Counted from the stretch's first letter, positions 46,401 to 57,603 are shown. The stretch is 64,000 bases of DNA from an uncultured Fibrobacterota bacterium (GCA_963729895.1 CAVSQB010000022.1:64001-128000); one strand, 5' to 3'. A program made the numbers and translations. Notes: generated by a model not told the origin, from the letters alone.

Positions 46401-48023
46401 TTATTCCCCCGGCGATTTGCGCTTGAATACGGCAACCCAGTTCGATGCCTTAGGAAAGTATTTTCTGGCGTCCGTTCCCCACACATAGACAGTCTTCTGC
46501 GCCGAGACTATGTCCGCAACCCCTGCAATTTCGTACAAATCCTTTTGATAACGGTTGAACCATTCGAAGATTTTGGCGTATGAAGAGGGCCTCATAAGCC
46601 ATGACCCCTGGGAATTTACATACACAAGATATTTCGGCTTGGCCGCTTCGATTTGACCTATCATTTCGTTTTGCATTTGCAAGGCAAACGGATGCTTTTC
46701 CATCAACGCATAGGTGTAAATGTACCCAGATGCGGACTTTCGGTGGGCATAGAAGAAGATCTGGGGTTCGGAACCGAGGATTCCGATTTTATCATTTGGT
46801 AAGGACCAGCGTTCAAGCGAATCCGCAATCACGCACGATTCGGGAAATGGCGCAAGCCAGTATACAAGCCTGGAAACCCGAACCGGCGTTGCCCCAAAAA
46901 GAATAGTTCTTCCGACGAACAGGGGAACAGCAAAAGCCACGCTCACGATCGCGCCGAATACGAAAGTCCGCGCGCTTTTGGGAAGAGGTCGCTTTTCCAT
47001 AAGGGAAAGAGCGGCATTGATACCGATCCCGCACAACAGGGAAACCGCGGGAAGTATAAGAACAAAATATTGCTCCCGAAAATAGAGCCCCGGGCATATT
47101 GACGCAAAAGACAAGCAAAGAAACGAAACCATAAACAAGCTTCTTGCATGCGATGCCTTATCGAACGGCAAAGAACAGAGCCCTGCAAACCCCAGCAGCC
47201 AATAGAAAGGAGCCGCGGAAATGATATCGCCGATTGCATCCAAGAACAAATGTGCACCCACCCAAAGCGGAACCTGCGAAACGTATGCCTGCGCATAAGT
47301 AAATGTCCAGAACCAGAACCGCCCGAAAACTCCGGCGTGCCACATCCAGATGCACACGAGTACAAACGGCGTTGCGCAGCCTGCGCAAAATACCGCCAGG
47401 CGCGTGTCAAAAGGCCCCCATTTTCCGGTACGCTGTCTGCCCCCATGCAACACAAGGAGCAAGAATCCGAACACAACAAAAACGGCGCCGTGCTGCTTCA
47501 TGAGAAAGCAAGCCCCAAGCAGAAACCCGGACACGAGAAACAAGGCGATGCTCTCCTTCCGGACAGCCTTGAGTAAGAGGAAGATGCCGAACAGCGCAAA
47601 AACGAGGACAAAATGTTCGGCGTGCGCCGCCAATCCAAGGACAGAGGAACTAAGCGACATTCCGGCGAACGCAACGGCTGCCGAGATGCCGACCTCAGGA
47701 TTATAAAGCCGTTTTCCGATAAGGTAGACGGCAAGCGAGCACAGCAGGTTTACCAACAAAAGACCGAAATGGATGCCTGCGGCCGTCTGCCCGAAACAGG
47801 CAAGAATGGCCGCGTAGGCAAGGTAGATACCCGGCATTTTCATGTTGTAGGCTTGCGAAAACGGAGGAATGCCCTGCAAGATCAATTGGCCGGAATATGC
47901 GTATTCTCCTTCATCGCGTTCGAGCGGGACGGAGAGAAGATGAATGCGGATGACGAATGTGACAGCCAGGAAAACGAGGAGAAGGAGCAGGGACGACCGG
48001 GACTTGAGGAATGTCATTTTCAT
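46401..48023 (-). CDS. ArnT/PMT-like (GT-C) glycosyltransferase
   Basis: ERDEGEYAY, KMPG, many TM helices; start uncertain. Confidence 0.82.
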   Translation of the reverse strand: MKMTFLKSRSSLLLLLVFLAVTFVIRIHLLSVPLERDEGEYAYSGQLILQGIPPFSQAYNMKMPGIYLAYAAILACFGQTAAGIHFGLLLVNLLCSLAVYLIGKRLYNPEVGISAAVAFAGMSLSSSVLGLAAHAEHFVLVFALFGIFLLLKAVRKESIALFLVSGFLLGACFLMKQHGAVFVVFGFLLLVLHGGRQRTGKWGPFDTRLAVFCAGCATPFVLVCIWMWHAGVFGRFWFWTFTYAQAYVSQVPLWVGAHLFLDAIGDIISAAPFYWLLGFAGLCSLPFDKASHARSLFMVSFLCLSFASICPGLYFREQYFVLILPAVSLLCGIGINAALSLMEKRPLPKSARTFVFGAIVSVAFAVPLFVGRTILFGATPVRVSRLVYWLAPFPESCVIADSLERWSLPNDKIGILGSEPQIFFYAHRKSASGYIYTYALMEKHPFALQMQNEMIGQIEAAKPKYLVYVNSQGSWLMRPSSYAKIFEWFNRYQKDLYEIAGVADIVSAQKTVYVWGTDARKYFPKASNWVAVFKRKSPGE

Positions 48024-48534
48024 GACGCTGGTCGTGCACGCCTTTCCGGGAGGGAATACAAACGTCAAGGAACGTCATCAACAAAATATTTCATCCCGAC
48101 CCTGTGCGGTTAAATTTGCTGACGCATTCGGACCGGACGTTGATGAATCGTTCAACAGTTCATTGCCATAACCGCGTACGGATGCAGGCAACAGGGGCCT
48201 CTTCGCCGCGCGCGGGAGATACGGTAATAATTGATTTTGCAGGCATATTAATATATACTCAAATCGAAAGACCCCGCAGTCCCGCGGGACGGGGAAAAGG
48301 CCAATGACAGAATGTCCAGCGCGAAGCGCTATTACCACACCTTAGGGAATGAAATGACAATCTTCCATCACTATGGAAAAAGAAATATTTGAATTCGCTC
48401 GCTGTGGGATTCACGCAGTGCTTTAAGCTTCCTGGATTTACGATTTCTGACTGTTCCGGCGGCATGCAACCGTTGATCTTGCCGGCACAGGCCCCAACAA
48501 TCCTTGGTTTCGGCACCGTTCGCCCGACACCCTT

Positions 48535-49968
48535 ATGAAACATATTGTCTTTGTAAACCCTCCCTTAAGTTTGGCTGAACGGTATGGGGCGCTGGCGAGC
48601 GCCGGCAGCACCATGCCGGCGCTCGGACTCTGTTGGCTTGCCTCCGTCTGTAGGCGCAGCGGATACAAGACCAGCATTATCGATGCCGCCATTAAGAACC
48701 AGACCTATGAGACCATTGCCGGAAGGATTGCGGAACTGCACGCCGAGTACGTCGGCATTACAGCCCTGACGTGCAGTATTAACAGCGCGTCACGCCTCGC
48801 TCTGGCCGTCAAGAAGAACAATGCAGGGATCCAAACGCTTATCGGCGGCCCCCATGTTACCGCCCTGCCCGAAGAAACCATGCGCATGTTCCCCGCTTTT
48901 GATACCGGTTTCCTTGGCGAGGGGGAAGAAACTCTTGTTGATTACCTTAAAGCAAGTGACTCCGGAGGCACGCTTGAAGATGTCAAGGGTCTGGTGTGTA
49001 GAAACGGAAACTCAATAAAGGTGACGGAACAGCGGCCGTTCATGGAGGACCTCGATTCGCTGCCGCTTCCTGCCTGGGATCTCCTGGAGGGCTTTCCGGG
49101 TTCCTATGCCCCAGCGGCGATCAGGTGCAGGCACCTGCCGGCAAGCCATATCGTGACCTCCCGCGGATGTCCGATGAAATGCACATTTTGCGACCGTTCC
49201 GTCTTTGGAAACCGGTACCGTTTTTTCAGCGTGGAATATACCCTTGAAATGGTACGGACCCTTGTGAACAGGTTTAAGGTTAGGGACATTCTTTTCGAAG
49301 ACGACAGTTTCACGCTTCACAAAAAAAGAGTCTTGTCTCTCTGCGAATTGATACAAAAGAACAATCTTCATTTTTCGTGGTCGTGCCTTGGCCGCGTTGA
49401 CACGATAGATGCGGAGTTGTTGCGGTCCATCAAGAAAGCCGGCTGCTGGCAAATCGGGTTCGGGATCGAAAGTGCAAACCCCGACGTTCTTGACGGCGTG
49501 GAAAAGAAAATCGATGTGGAAAAAATACGGCAGGCGCTTGCGCTGACCCGCGCCGCCGGGATCCGCACCAAGGGATTTTTTATTCTTGGATTGCCGCATG
49601 AGACGGAAGAAACCATGCGCGCGAGCATGCGTTTTGCCACGGAGGCAAAACTTGATGACATCAGCGTTTCCTTCTGCACCCCGTTTCCCGGCACGGCGCT
49701 GCTGGAAAAAGCAAACGAATTCGGCGATTTTGACCAGGACTTTGACAAAATGAACCTCATGCATGCCGTATTCGTGCCTGAGGGATTAACTAGAAAGCAA
49801 CTGGAAGAGAGCCATACGCGATTCTTCCGGCAGTTTTATCTGCGGCCCCCGATTGTTCTGGATTATTCTCTGCGTATTCTCACGGATATCGGAATCTTTT
49901 TAAGGATTGCGCGGGGAACCGTTTTTTTTCTTTTTGCGGCGTTACAACCAAAACGAAGCCAACAATGA
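48535..49968 (+). CDS. B12-binding radical SAM protein
   Basis: IGGPH, GEGE, TSRGCPMKCTFC, FEDD, GIES. Confidence 0.93.
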   Translation: MKHIVFVNPPLSLAERYGALASAGSTMPALGLCWLASVCRRSGYKTSIIDAAIKNQTYETIAGRIAELHAEYVGITALTCSINSASRLALAVKKNNAGIQTLIGGPHVTALPEETMRMFPAFDTGFLGEGEETLVDYLKASDSGGTLEDVKGLVCRNGNSIKVTEQRPFMEDLDSLPLPAWDLLEGFPGSYAPAAIRCRHLPASHIVTSRGCPMKCTFCDRSVFGNRYRFFSVEYTLEMVRTLVNRFKVRDILFEDDSFTLHKKRVLSLCELIQKNNLHFSWSCLGRVDTIDAELLRSIKKAGCWQIGFGIESANPDVLDGVEKKIDVEKIRQALALTRAAGIRTKGFFILGLPHETEETMRASMRFATEAKLDDISVSFCTPFPGTALLEKANEFGDFDQDFDKMNLMHAVFVPEGLTRKQLEESHTRFFRQFYLRPPIVLDYSLRILTDIGIFLRIARGTVFFLFAALQPKRSQQ

Positions 49969-50672
49969 CACAACTGGCAATCATTCCTGCGCACAACGAG
50001 GAAGAAAACATTGCCGCGGTCATCACCCAGGTGCGCGCCAATCTGCCGGATTTCAGGATTGTTATTGTCAACGACGGTTCCACGGACAAGACCGCACAGA
50101 TCGCAGTGGACATGGGCGCGGGTGTATTATCCCACCCTGTCAATATCGGTTATGGAGCGGCGGTACAGACCGGCTTCAAGTACGCCTGTGCCGGCGGGTA
50201 TACCACCGTACTGCTCCTGGACGGAGACGGTCAACACGATGCGCAAAGCGGGCCGGCGCTTATCCGCATGCTCGAAGAGCATTCCGCGGATATGGTCATC
50301 GGGTCACGCTTCATGGGAAACAACCACTACAGCTCCACCTTTGCCCGGTTCATAGGCAGGAACCTTTTTTCCCTCATTACCTTTCTGATCACGCGCAAGA
50401 ACTTTATCGATATCACGTCCGGATACAAGGCGCTCAACGCCCGGGCCGTTGCCTTTCTCGCCAGGAATTATCCGGTGGATTTCCCGGATGCCGAGGTCAT
50501 CATAATGCTGCTCTTGAACGGTTTCAAAATCGCGGAAGCGCCGGCAAATTTCAGACAGCGCCTGAGGGGGCATTCGATGTTTTCCCTCCCGAAAAAGGTC
50601 TATTACCCTTTCAAAATGTTGCTGGCAATCCTTGTTGTCGTGTTGCGAGTGGTTTTCAAAAAGGAGAACTAG
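49965..50672 (+). CDS. GT2 glycosyltransferase (polyprenol-phosphate type)
   Basis: IIPAHNEE, NDGSTD, DGDGQH, GSRF, DITSGY. Confidence 0.92.
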   Translation: MTQLAIIPAHNEEENIAAVITQVRANLPDFRIVIVNDGSTDKTAQIAVDMGAGVLSHPVNIGYGAAVQTGFKYACAGGYTTVLLLDGDGQHDAQSGPALIRMLEEHSADMVIGSRFMGNNHYSSTFARFIGRNLFSLITFLITRKNFIDITSGYKALNARAVAFLARNYPVDFPDAEVIIMLLLNGFKIAEAPANFRQRLRGHSMFSLPKKVYYPFKMLLAILVVVLRVVFKKEN

Positions 50673-50674
50673 GC

Positions 50675-51025
50675 ATGTCTTTGCGAGGCCAGCTGTTTAT
50701 TATCGCAATTTCCGTTGTCGTGATGCTCTACGTGCTCAATGCACTCAGGAAGAAAAAAATCAACGAGGAATACTGCCTGTGGTGGATTTTCATCATGGTG
50801 GCGACGGACGTTCTGGTCTTGAATCAGCACCTGCTTCTGAGAATCACCCACTTGATCGGCGCCCTGGTACCGATCTCAACGTTGACGCTCTTTGCTCTTG
50901 CCCTGATGCTCATGATCCTCATCTATTTTTCAACGAAGATTTCCGTGCTCACAAACCAGGTGAAAGAGCTCATACAGGCGTACGCGTTGCTTAAGAAAGA
51001 AGTCGAGGACGCGCAAAAGAAATAG
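50675..51025 (+). CDS. DUF2304-type membrane protein
   Basis: Three TM helices plus C-terminal coiled coil following GT2; GGAG RBS. Confidence 0.75.
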   Translation: MSLRGQLFIIAISVVVMLYVLNALRKKKINEEYCLWWIFIMVATDVLVLNQHLLLRITHLIGALVPISTLTLFALALMLMILIYFSTKISVLTNQVKELIQAYALLKKEVEDAQKK

Positions 51026-51070
51026 TATGGTATACCGCCGAACAAGGGAATCATTTCAGAGGGAACACAC

Positions 51071-52195
51071 ATGAGAAAAGACTTCAAGGAAATAGCTCTT
51101 GCCGCTCCGAACCTGAAAGGCAAAGAGGAAGAATACGTCGTTCGGGCTATTCGCAGCTCCTGGATAAGTTCCACCGGCGAATTTATCCCTCGCTTTGAAA
51201 AGGAATTTTCCAGCATGGCGGGAACCTCCCAGACAGTTGCGGTTTGCAACGGCACCGTTGCTCTGCATCTTGCTCTGCTGGCCCTTGATGTACGACCCGG
51301 CGACGAAGTGCTGGTTCCGTCTTTGACTTACATCGCCACCGCCAATGCGGTGCGATACGTGGGCGCAGAGCCGGTTTTTGTTGATGTGGACCCCGACACT
51401 TGGTGCATTGATCCGAAACTGCTTGAAGCCGGGATTACCCGCAGGACAAAAGGGATCATAGCGGTTGACCTTTATGGACATCCGGCCGACATGGATCAAA
51501 TCAACCATGTCGCTGCCGTTCATGGACTGTGGGTGGTTGAAGATGCGGCGGAAGCTCATACCGCGCTGTATAAGAACCGTCCAACCGGCAGTCTCGCCAA
51601 AATCGGCACCTTTTCATTTTACGGCAACAAAATTTTTACCTGCGGGGAAGGCGGCGCACTTACGCTTGATGATCCCGGACTGACCCTACGTATCCGCACC
51701 CTGCGCGGTCAGGGTATGGATCCCGACCGCCGATACTATTTTCCGGTTACCGGTTATAATTTTCGGCTGACAAATGTTGCCTGCGCATTTCTTTGCGCGC
51801 AACTCGAGCGCAAAGAGGAAATTCTCGCAAGAAGAAGAAAAGTGTTTGCGGGTTACCGCGAAAGATTGAACAATGTTCCTGGAATCGGCTTCCAACCGGT
51901 TGCGTCCTGGGCGGTTCCGGCTCCATGGCTTTTTTGTGTCACTGTCGATAGCCGGTACGGGCATTCGCGCGACAAACTAATGACGCATCTGAAAGAAAAC
52001 GGCGTGGATTCCCGTCCGTTCTTCATCCCGTTGCATACCTTGCCGCCGTTCCGGCAGGAATCAATGCAGCGCAAGCAGACGTTCCCGGTGACGGAACGTC
52101 TTGCAACCACGGGGGTCAATCTGCCCACGCACCTGGACCTGACGGAATCCGACCTTGATTACATTTGCTCAATCATCCGGGACTTCGCTTCCTGA
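51071..52195 (+). CDS. DegT-family aminotransferase (perosamine synthase-like)
   Basis: WISSTG, NGTVALHL, EDAAEA, SFYGNK, GYNFRLTN. Confidence 0.92.
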   Translation: MRKDFKEIALAAPNLKGKEEEYVVRAIRSSWISSTGEFIPRFEKEFSSMAGTSQTVAVCNGTVALHLALLALDVRPGDEVLVPSLTYIATANAVRYVGAEPVFVDVDPDTWCIDPKLLEAGITRRTKGIIAVDLYGHPADMDQINHVAAVHGLWVVEDAAEAHTALYKNRPTGSLAKIGTFSFYGNKIFTCGEGGALTLDDPGLTLRIRTLRGQGMDPDRRYYFPVTGYNFRLTNVACAFLCAQLERKEEILARRRKVFAGYRERLNNVPGIGFQPVASWAVPAPWLFCVTVDSRYGHSRDKLMTHLKENGVDSRPFFIPLHTLPPFRQESMQRKQTFPVTERLATTGVNLPTHLDLTESDLDYICSIIRDFAS

Positions 52196-52285
52196 GCGCA
52201 TCGATCATGATGCCGGAGATACAATTGCGGAATCGACTTGGGATTATCAATTAGTAAACCAGATAGATTTGCGGTCCAGCACGAT

Positions 52286-53470
52286 ATGCGCATAGCCTGG
52301 TTCCATTCACATCTCCTGCATATCAACAGCGGCGGCACGAGATTCGTGCTGGATTACACCGAGGTTCTTCGGCGCAGCTTTGACCACGAGATAACTCTAT
52401 TCTGCGATGTTGCTTCAAGCGAAGCAGCGAACCAGATGGAACAAGCCGGCATGAAATTTGTGCAGCTTGATCACGAATCTACAAATTCAGCGGGCTACTG
52501 GTTGACACTGCCGGCCAGGATTAACCGGAAAAGAGCTCACGTGGAGAAGACGTTGCACGAATTTGATTTCATTATCAATAGCATGTTTCCAATGAACTGG
52601 CTTGTTTGCGATTTTGCGCTACCGAAAATCCAGATATGTTACGAGCCGTTCGCCTTCTTCTACGACAAGAGTTTTTTGCAGAACTTCAGGCTGCACCATC
52701 GGTTGTTTTTCCTGATGGCGAAAGTGCTGTATAGGAACGCCGACGCAGCAGCGGTAAGGAAGATGAACAAAGTCATTACCGTCAATGGAACTAATATTCC
52801 AAAACTATTGAAAGAATACGGCATTACCCCCAGCGTCGTTTATGCCGGAATTGACACTGAAATGTATAAGCGCGCCGAGGAAAAAGAAGCTCAAGACCTC
52901 CGCAAGAAGTATCCGGGGTTTCCGCTGTTGTTTCATAGCACCGATCTGACCGGAATCAAAGGTTCATATCCTTTACTCGATGTTATTGCCGAAATACGCA
53001 ACACCTTTCCGGAAACTAAACTGTTGTTCACCGTTTATGTAAATGACCCGATAGGCACGAAAAGATTCCTCAAACGTATTTCGGAACTGGGTTTGCGCAG
53101 CAACGTGGAATTTCTCGGATGCCTGCCTAAAGAAAAGCTTCCGCTTTATTATAGCGCCGTCGATTTTGTCTGCCAGCCAAGCATTAATCAACCTGCCAAC
53201 TGGCCCCTGAAAGAGTCCTTGCTGTGCGAGACCCCGATTATCGGTGGCGTTGAGAGTGAGGAAGTGAAGGAGTTTGTCAACGGCTGCAGTATTGAAGTCA
53301 GGGACACGAAGGCGTCAGCGGTTAAATTGATCAGCCTGTTCCGGCGGCGCAACGAATTGAATCTAAAAGAAAGCATTGCCGAAGTGCTTAAGAATTATTC
53401 GCGTAAATCCTGCGTTGCCGAACTGGATCAGATTATCAGGGACACGTATGAAAATTGTCAGAATAGATGA
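52286..53470 (+). CDS. GT4 glycosyltransferase
   Basis: GGTR N-terminal motif, KG, QPS...ESLLCETPII. Confidence 0.78.
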   Translation: MRIAWFHSHLLHINSGGTRFVLDYTEVLRRSFDHEITLFCDVASSEAANQMEQAGMKFVQLDHESTNSAGYWLTLPARINRKRAHVEKTLHEFDFIINSMFPMNWLVCDFALPKIQICYEPFAFFYDKSFLQNFRLHHRLFFLMAKVLYRNADAAAVRKMNKVITVNGTNIPKLLKEYGITPSVVYAGIDTEMYKRAEEKEAQDLRKKYPGFPLLFHSTDLTGIKGSYPLLDVIAEIRNTFPETKLLFTVYVNDPIGTKRFLKRISELGLRSNVEFLGCLPKEKLPLYYSAVDFVCQPSINQPANWPLKESLLCETPIIGGVESEEVKEFVNGCSIEVRDTKASAVKLISLFRRRNELNLKESIAEVLKNYSRKSCVAELDQIIRDTYENCQNR

Positions 53471-53873
53471 ATCCGGTCTCGGATTGCTGCGCAGGTTTAT
53501 TTCGCTGATCGGCGCTTCCGGTTCCGGCTTCAGATACTTCGGTTCGCGCCCTGCGGAAAGCATCAGCAACCACGTTGTGACACTGCTAGGGTTGGATGAT
53601 GCCGGCACACCGGTTTGTTATGGACATCTTGATCGCGACAAGGATGTCGTCTGGCTGGGGATTTGTGTTGCCGAAGGGCATACCGGCCAGGGGCTGGGCA
53701 CCACGATGTTGACGGTGTTGCTCGACTCCGGAGACAAGGCCGGAATTAAAGAAATAAAACTCTCCGTTGACAACAATAACGTTTCAGCCATACGCTTGTA
53801 TGAGAAGAATGGTTTCAGTTTGGTTTCCTGCGACGATAAAACTTCTTTCTACCAAAGAACCAGACCGGTTTGA
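53448..53873 (+). CDS. GNAT N-acetyltransferase
   Basis: GQGLG, NVSAIRLYEKNGF. Confidence 0.88.
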   Translation: MKIVRIDESGLGLLRRFISLIGASGSGFRYFGSRPAESISNHVVTLLGLDDAGTPVCYGHLDRDKDVVWLGICVAEGHTGQGLGTTMLTVLLDSGDKAGIKEIKLSVDNNNVSAIRLYEKNGFSLVSCDDKTSFYQRTRPV

Positions 53874-53968
53874 GCCCCGTTGATTGAACCAGCGGAGTTG
53901 ATTATTTGCCATTCTGAGAAGGCCCGGTAGCGCCGCAAAAGCGGAAGACAAAGGAGTTTTCTTACGAC

Positions 53969-54730
53969 ATGAAGATCTCCATTGTAACCCCATCGCTGAA
54001 TCAGGGAGCGTTTATCGAAAGAACCATCAGGAGTGTTCTCCAACAAAAAGGGAATTTCAACCTGGAGTATATTGTCATGGACGGCGGTTCGATAGATTCG
54101 ACCCTTGATATTATTGGAAAATATCGAGATAGGGTAAAGCTTGTTTCGGAAGCCGATGAGGGCCAGAGCAACGCCATTAACAAAGGCTTTCGTATTGCAA
54201 CCGGTGATGTCTTTGCCTGGTTGAATTCCGACGATACCTATGAGCCCGGAGCACTTGAGTCGGTCGCAAACGTTTTTAGGAACCAAGATGCGGCATGGTG
54301 TTTTGGATATTGTCGCATTATTGACGAACACGATAATGAAATCCGGCAGTTGATCACTGCGTACAAGATCTTGCAATCGCGGCACTGTTCTTTCGAAAGA
54401 TTGTTACGCAGAGATTTCATACCGCAGCCTGCATGTTTTTTCTCGCGAGATTCATATCGCAAGACGGGAGAACTCGACGAGGCACTCTCCTATTCAATGG
54501 ACTACGATTACTGGCTAAGGTTATGGAAACGCTATGAACCGTATCCGATTCATTCATACCTGGCAAATTTTCGATGGCACTCAAGATCCAAAAACGGCCG
54601 GTCATTCAGTCGTGCCGCTCTTGAAACGTATCAGACGGCAAAACGGCACGCGCCCGCACATACTCGATTCGATATCTTTCTGCACTATATCCACTTTTGC
54701 ATGTTGAGGATCCTTTATAGATTCATGTAG
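53969..54730 (+). CDS. GT2 glycosyltransferase
   Basis: ISIVTPSLNQ, DGGS, WLNSDD, MDYDYWLR. Confidence 0.93.
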   Translation: MKISIVTPSLNQGAFIERTIRSVLQQKGNFNLEYIVMDGGSIDSTLDIIGKYRDRVKLVSEADEGQSNAINKGFRIATGDVFAWLNSDDTYEPGALESVANVFRNQDAAWCFGYCRIIDEHDNEIRQLITAYKILQSRHCSFERLLRRDFIPQPACFFSRDSYRKTGELDEALSYSMDYDYWLRLWKRYEPYPIHSYLANFRWHSRSKNGRSFSRAALETYQTAKRHAPAHTRFDIFLHYIHFCMLRILYRFM

Positions 54731-54800
54731 ACCGTATCCGACACGGATGCGAGCGGGTCCCTGATTGGGAGATGAATTTATGTCGGTCGATACCCCAGGA

Positions 54801-55214
54801 TCAGCGAAAAACGGAGAGCTTCAGCAGGGTAAAATTCAAAATCGCGGAAACAGCGCCGACGATGATGACCATAAGAAAGTAATGGATGTGGAAGAAGTCA
54901 ACGCCTGTAAATAAGATAAAATTTCCAAGAAAGAAGAGACCTACCTGAATACAGACAAATCCCACTCCCTGCTTAATATGGGATGTCCGGCGCTTCTTAA
55001 ATACAAAAAAGGAATTTATGAGGTATGAATAGGCATATGATGAGAAGCCGGCGATATTGCTGCTTATTAGATAGTGGATATGTCCGATTTCAACTAGAAT
55101 AATCAGCGTTGAGTAGCATAAGAGTGCGGTTATACTTCCGCCGATAACATACCGGATAATTTCCTTATTGAGTGTTTTTCCGGACCAAAGCCGAAACAGG
55201 GATTTTACGGGCAT
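54801..55214 (-). CDS. GtrA family protein
   Basis: RYVIGG, four TM helices, N..FVF. Confidence 0.85.
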   Translation of the reverse strand: MPVKSLFRLWSGKTLNKEIIRYVIGGSITALLCYSTLIILVEIGHIHYLISSNIAGFSSYAYSYLINSFFVFKKRRTSHIKQGVGFVCIQVGLFFLGNFILFTGVDFFHIHYFLMVIIVGAVSAILNFTLLKLSVFR

Positions 55215-56695
55215 TACGCTCTGATTCCGCGTGGTTTATCAAAACGAGATGAAATCTGCGACACGATCACAAGGAAGATGTTTCCCCCGACTATTCTTGC
55301 GTAGACAATACATTTCCCCGGGATTCCGCCGAGCATGACAAAGAAACTCTTCCACAGATGATAGCGTCCAGCCAGGAGAAAAGAACGAACAAGGGCCGGT
55401 GGAGAAAAAATGAAAGAGACTGTTTCAAGAACACACGTGAGATACGCGCGTATTCTTTCTTCCCTTGTAAACTCGGGCGTTTCACAGGCCGGTTGGGTGA
55501 ATGTAAGATCGTATGAAGGAACGCTGAACGAGTCGAATTCCTTATATATGGTTCCGTGCTGTTGGAACCATTCCCGCGCCGGTGACCCCAAATGAGGAAG
55601 AAACATGTTCCAATAGATAATATCCGGTTTCAGTGTTTTTGCCAATTGCAACGAGTCCATTTCGGCTTTTAACGTACTCTTCGGAAGCCCAATGATAAAA
55701 CAGAGATAGAGCGGCAATCGCTTCTTCCGTATCAACCGGCCTGCGGCAACGATATCGTCGAGTGTTTCGCCTTTTTGAACAAACTCGAACACTGCAGGGT
55801 TTCCGGACTCCACGGCGATGCACACATAGGGAATACGGCATTGTTTGAGCAGATCGAGCAGCTCTTCGTCGACGGTGTCGGCCCGAAGATTGTCAATGCT
55901 TAACCGTGCACGCACGTTTTGTGCTATGAATCGACGAAGAAATGATTTGAACCGTTCTCGATCCAGCGTCGGACAATCATCAACAATACGTACCGTCGTA
56001 ACGGACTTAAAAACGTCAAGTGAACGGCATATTTCGTCAAGGCACCGGTCGACAGTCCGGTAACGGATTTTTCTGCTGGAAATCTCACGGACCTCGCAAA
56101 AAGAACAATTGAAAGGGCAACCTCTCGAAAGTTGGATCGGCAACCATTTCATCTGCGAACTTCCGATTCCCCAACGGAAGTCCGCTTCGGGTATCGATCC
56201 GCCTTCCACCGGCGCCGGCCTGAGAATCCCGAGGTCTTTTCCCGAGAGAACCTTTGTGCAGATATCAACGATTACCTGTTCGGCTTCACCTCTCACAACA
56301 GCCGAAAAGAAAGGGTGCTCTTCCTGTAAGGTTTGGGCGTACAGTGCGACGTGCGGCCCGCCCGCAATAATCTTGCAAGCACTATTCTTTGCATGAAACC
56401 GGTGTACGAAATCAAGCGAACGGCCGAAATGAGTCGTGTACAACGATATGCCGCAAATATCCGGAGAATATCCTGCGACCCTCTCAAGAAATCGATCGTC
56501 GGGTTCGTTAAGGAACGACTGATCGAAGACGGAAGCCTCGAATCCGCTTTTCCGAAGTACGGTGGCCAACAGAACGAGTCCATAATGCGGCCAATGCGAT
56601 CTTGTGTCCGATCGGCCGGCATTTATGGACACAAGAGCAACTTTATTCACGGTATTTTCGCAAGCCTTTCCATAGCTGATTTCAACACTCGCCAC
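55214..56695 (-). CDS. B12-binding radical SAM protein
   Basis: AGGPH, RGEAE, SRGCPFNCSFC, VDD, AVESG. Confidence 0.92.
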   Translation of the reverse strand: MASVEISYGKACENTVNKVALVSINAGRSDTRSHWPHYGLVLLATVLRKSGFEASVFDQSFLNEPDDRFLERVAGYSPDICGISLYTTHFGRSLDFVHRFHAKNSACKIIAGGPHVALYAQTLQEEHPFFSAVVRGEAEQVIVDICTKVLSGKDLGILRPAPVEGGSIPEADFRWGIGSSQMKWLPIQLSRGCPFNCSFCEVREISSRKIRYRTVDRCLDEICRSLDVFKSVTTVRIVDDCPTLDRERFKSFLRRFIAQNVRARLSIDNLRADTVDEELLDLLKQCRIPYVCIAVESGNPAVFEFVQKGETLDDIVAAGRLIRKKRLPLYLCFIIGLPKSTLKAEMDSLQLAKTLKPDIIYWNMFLPHLGSPAREWFQQHGTIYKEFDSFSVPSYDLTFTQPACETPEFTREERIRAYLTCVLETVSFIFSPPALVRSFLLAGRYHLWKSFFVMLGGIPGKCIVYARIVGGNIFLVIVSQISSRFDKPRGIRA

Positions 56696-56712
56696 TCGCC
56701 ACTCGTGCGCGC

Positions 56713-57498
56713 TTATTGTGCTGCCGGATACCTTGCATAAATATCGCCCGACATGGTCGGGGTTACCTTTTCCCGAAAGGCGGCCAGGAATTCATGGATT
56801 GCAATCCAGTCACCATGTACGAAGTTCAACGAACCGTGGAGGGTGTAATTGAATGTGGGCGCACCGAGAGCATTCAGCAATCTTAGACATTTCTCTACTT
56901 CATCAAGCATCTCGACCCTGAATTCAAATGAGACGAATGGAATGCAATGCGTCAAGCCTGACAGCACCTGTCGTTCGAACCCCTCGACGTCGATTTTACA
57001 GAATTGCGGCAAACCATAAGAGTCGATTAAAGAATCCAGCGTTACCGTTTCGATTGAAACGGTCTTGTTCCACTTAAAGAGGCCAGCATATCGGCTTTGC
57101 TTTACCCAGCGCGGCGACATCGTTGAGATTCCCGAATTATACTCGCACACATAGAGTTCCGTGTTCCCGGGTTCTTCGGCAACCGCTTTTCCGACAATGG
57201 AAACATTGGGATTGGTTCCATATCGTCTTTGGAGGGCTCGAAGGCACACTGTTTGGGGTTCAACGCTTATGACACGCGCACCAAGCGCCAGGAATATTTC
57301 CGTTACGTCCCCTACATTGGCGCCGATATCGAAACACAGGCTTTCTTTACTTATGAAGTGCGAATAAAATCGAGACAGAGTGTTGAATTGCGTTCTTCCA
57401 TGCGGGGAATGATGATCGTACCAGATTCTAAGTTGTTGCGCCAGCGGATACATGCGAAAAGCATGGGCAATTTTTGTCGCGAGAGCAAAAGCTTTCAT
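56713..57498 (-). CDS. FkbM family methyltransferase
   Basis: FDIGANVG, VEP, TLDSL, KIDVEGFE. Confidence 0.92.
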   Translation of the reverse strand: MKAFALATKIAHAFRMYPLAQQLRIWYDHHSPHGRTQFNTLSRFYSHFISKESLCFDIGANVGDVTEIFLALGARVISVEPQTVCLRALQRRYGTNPNVSIVGKAVAEEPGNTELYVCEYNSGISTMSPRWVKQSRYAGLFKWNKTVSIETVTLDSLIDSYGLPQFCKIDVEGFERQVLSGLTHCIPFVSFEFRVEMLDEVEKCLRLLNALGAPTFNYTLHGSLNFVHGDWIAIHEFLAAFREKVTPTMSGDIYARYPAAQ

Positions 57499-57603
57499 GT
57501 ACCGGCCTGACGCTGCGGTTGTTATTCGGATTCCGTCAACTCACGCATTGCTTCACTCATAATATACTATCCGGTTTTGCAGGTAGCCGCCGGTTCTTGG
57601 CTG

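Noticed and set aside
48069..48534. Riboswitch (cobalamin or c-di-GMP) upstream of the radical SAM operon
   Set aside because: Only a short GC palindrome near 48280; consensus elements not recognisable
49907..50674. Long N-terminal extension of the DUF2304-type ORF
   Set aside because: Out-of-frame overlap with GT2; a good RBS and ATG exist at 50675
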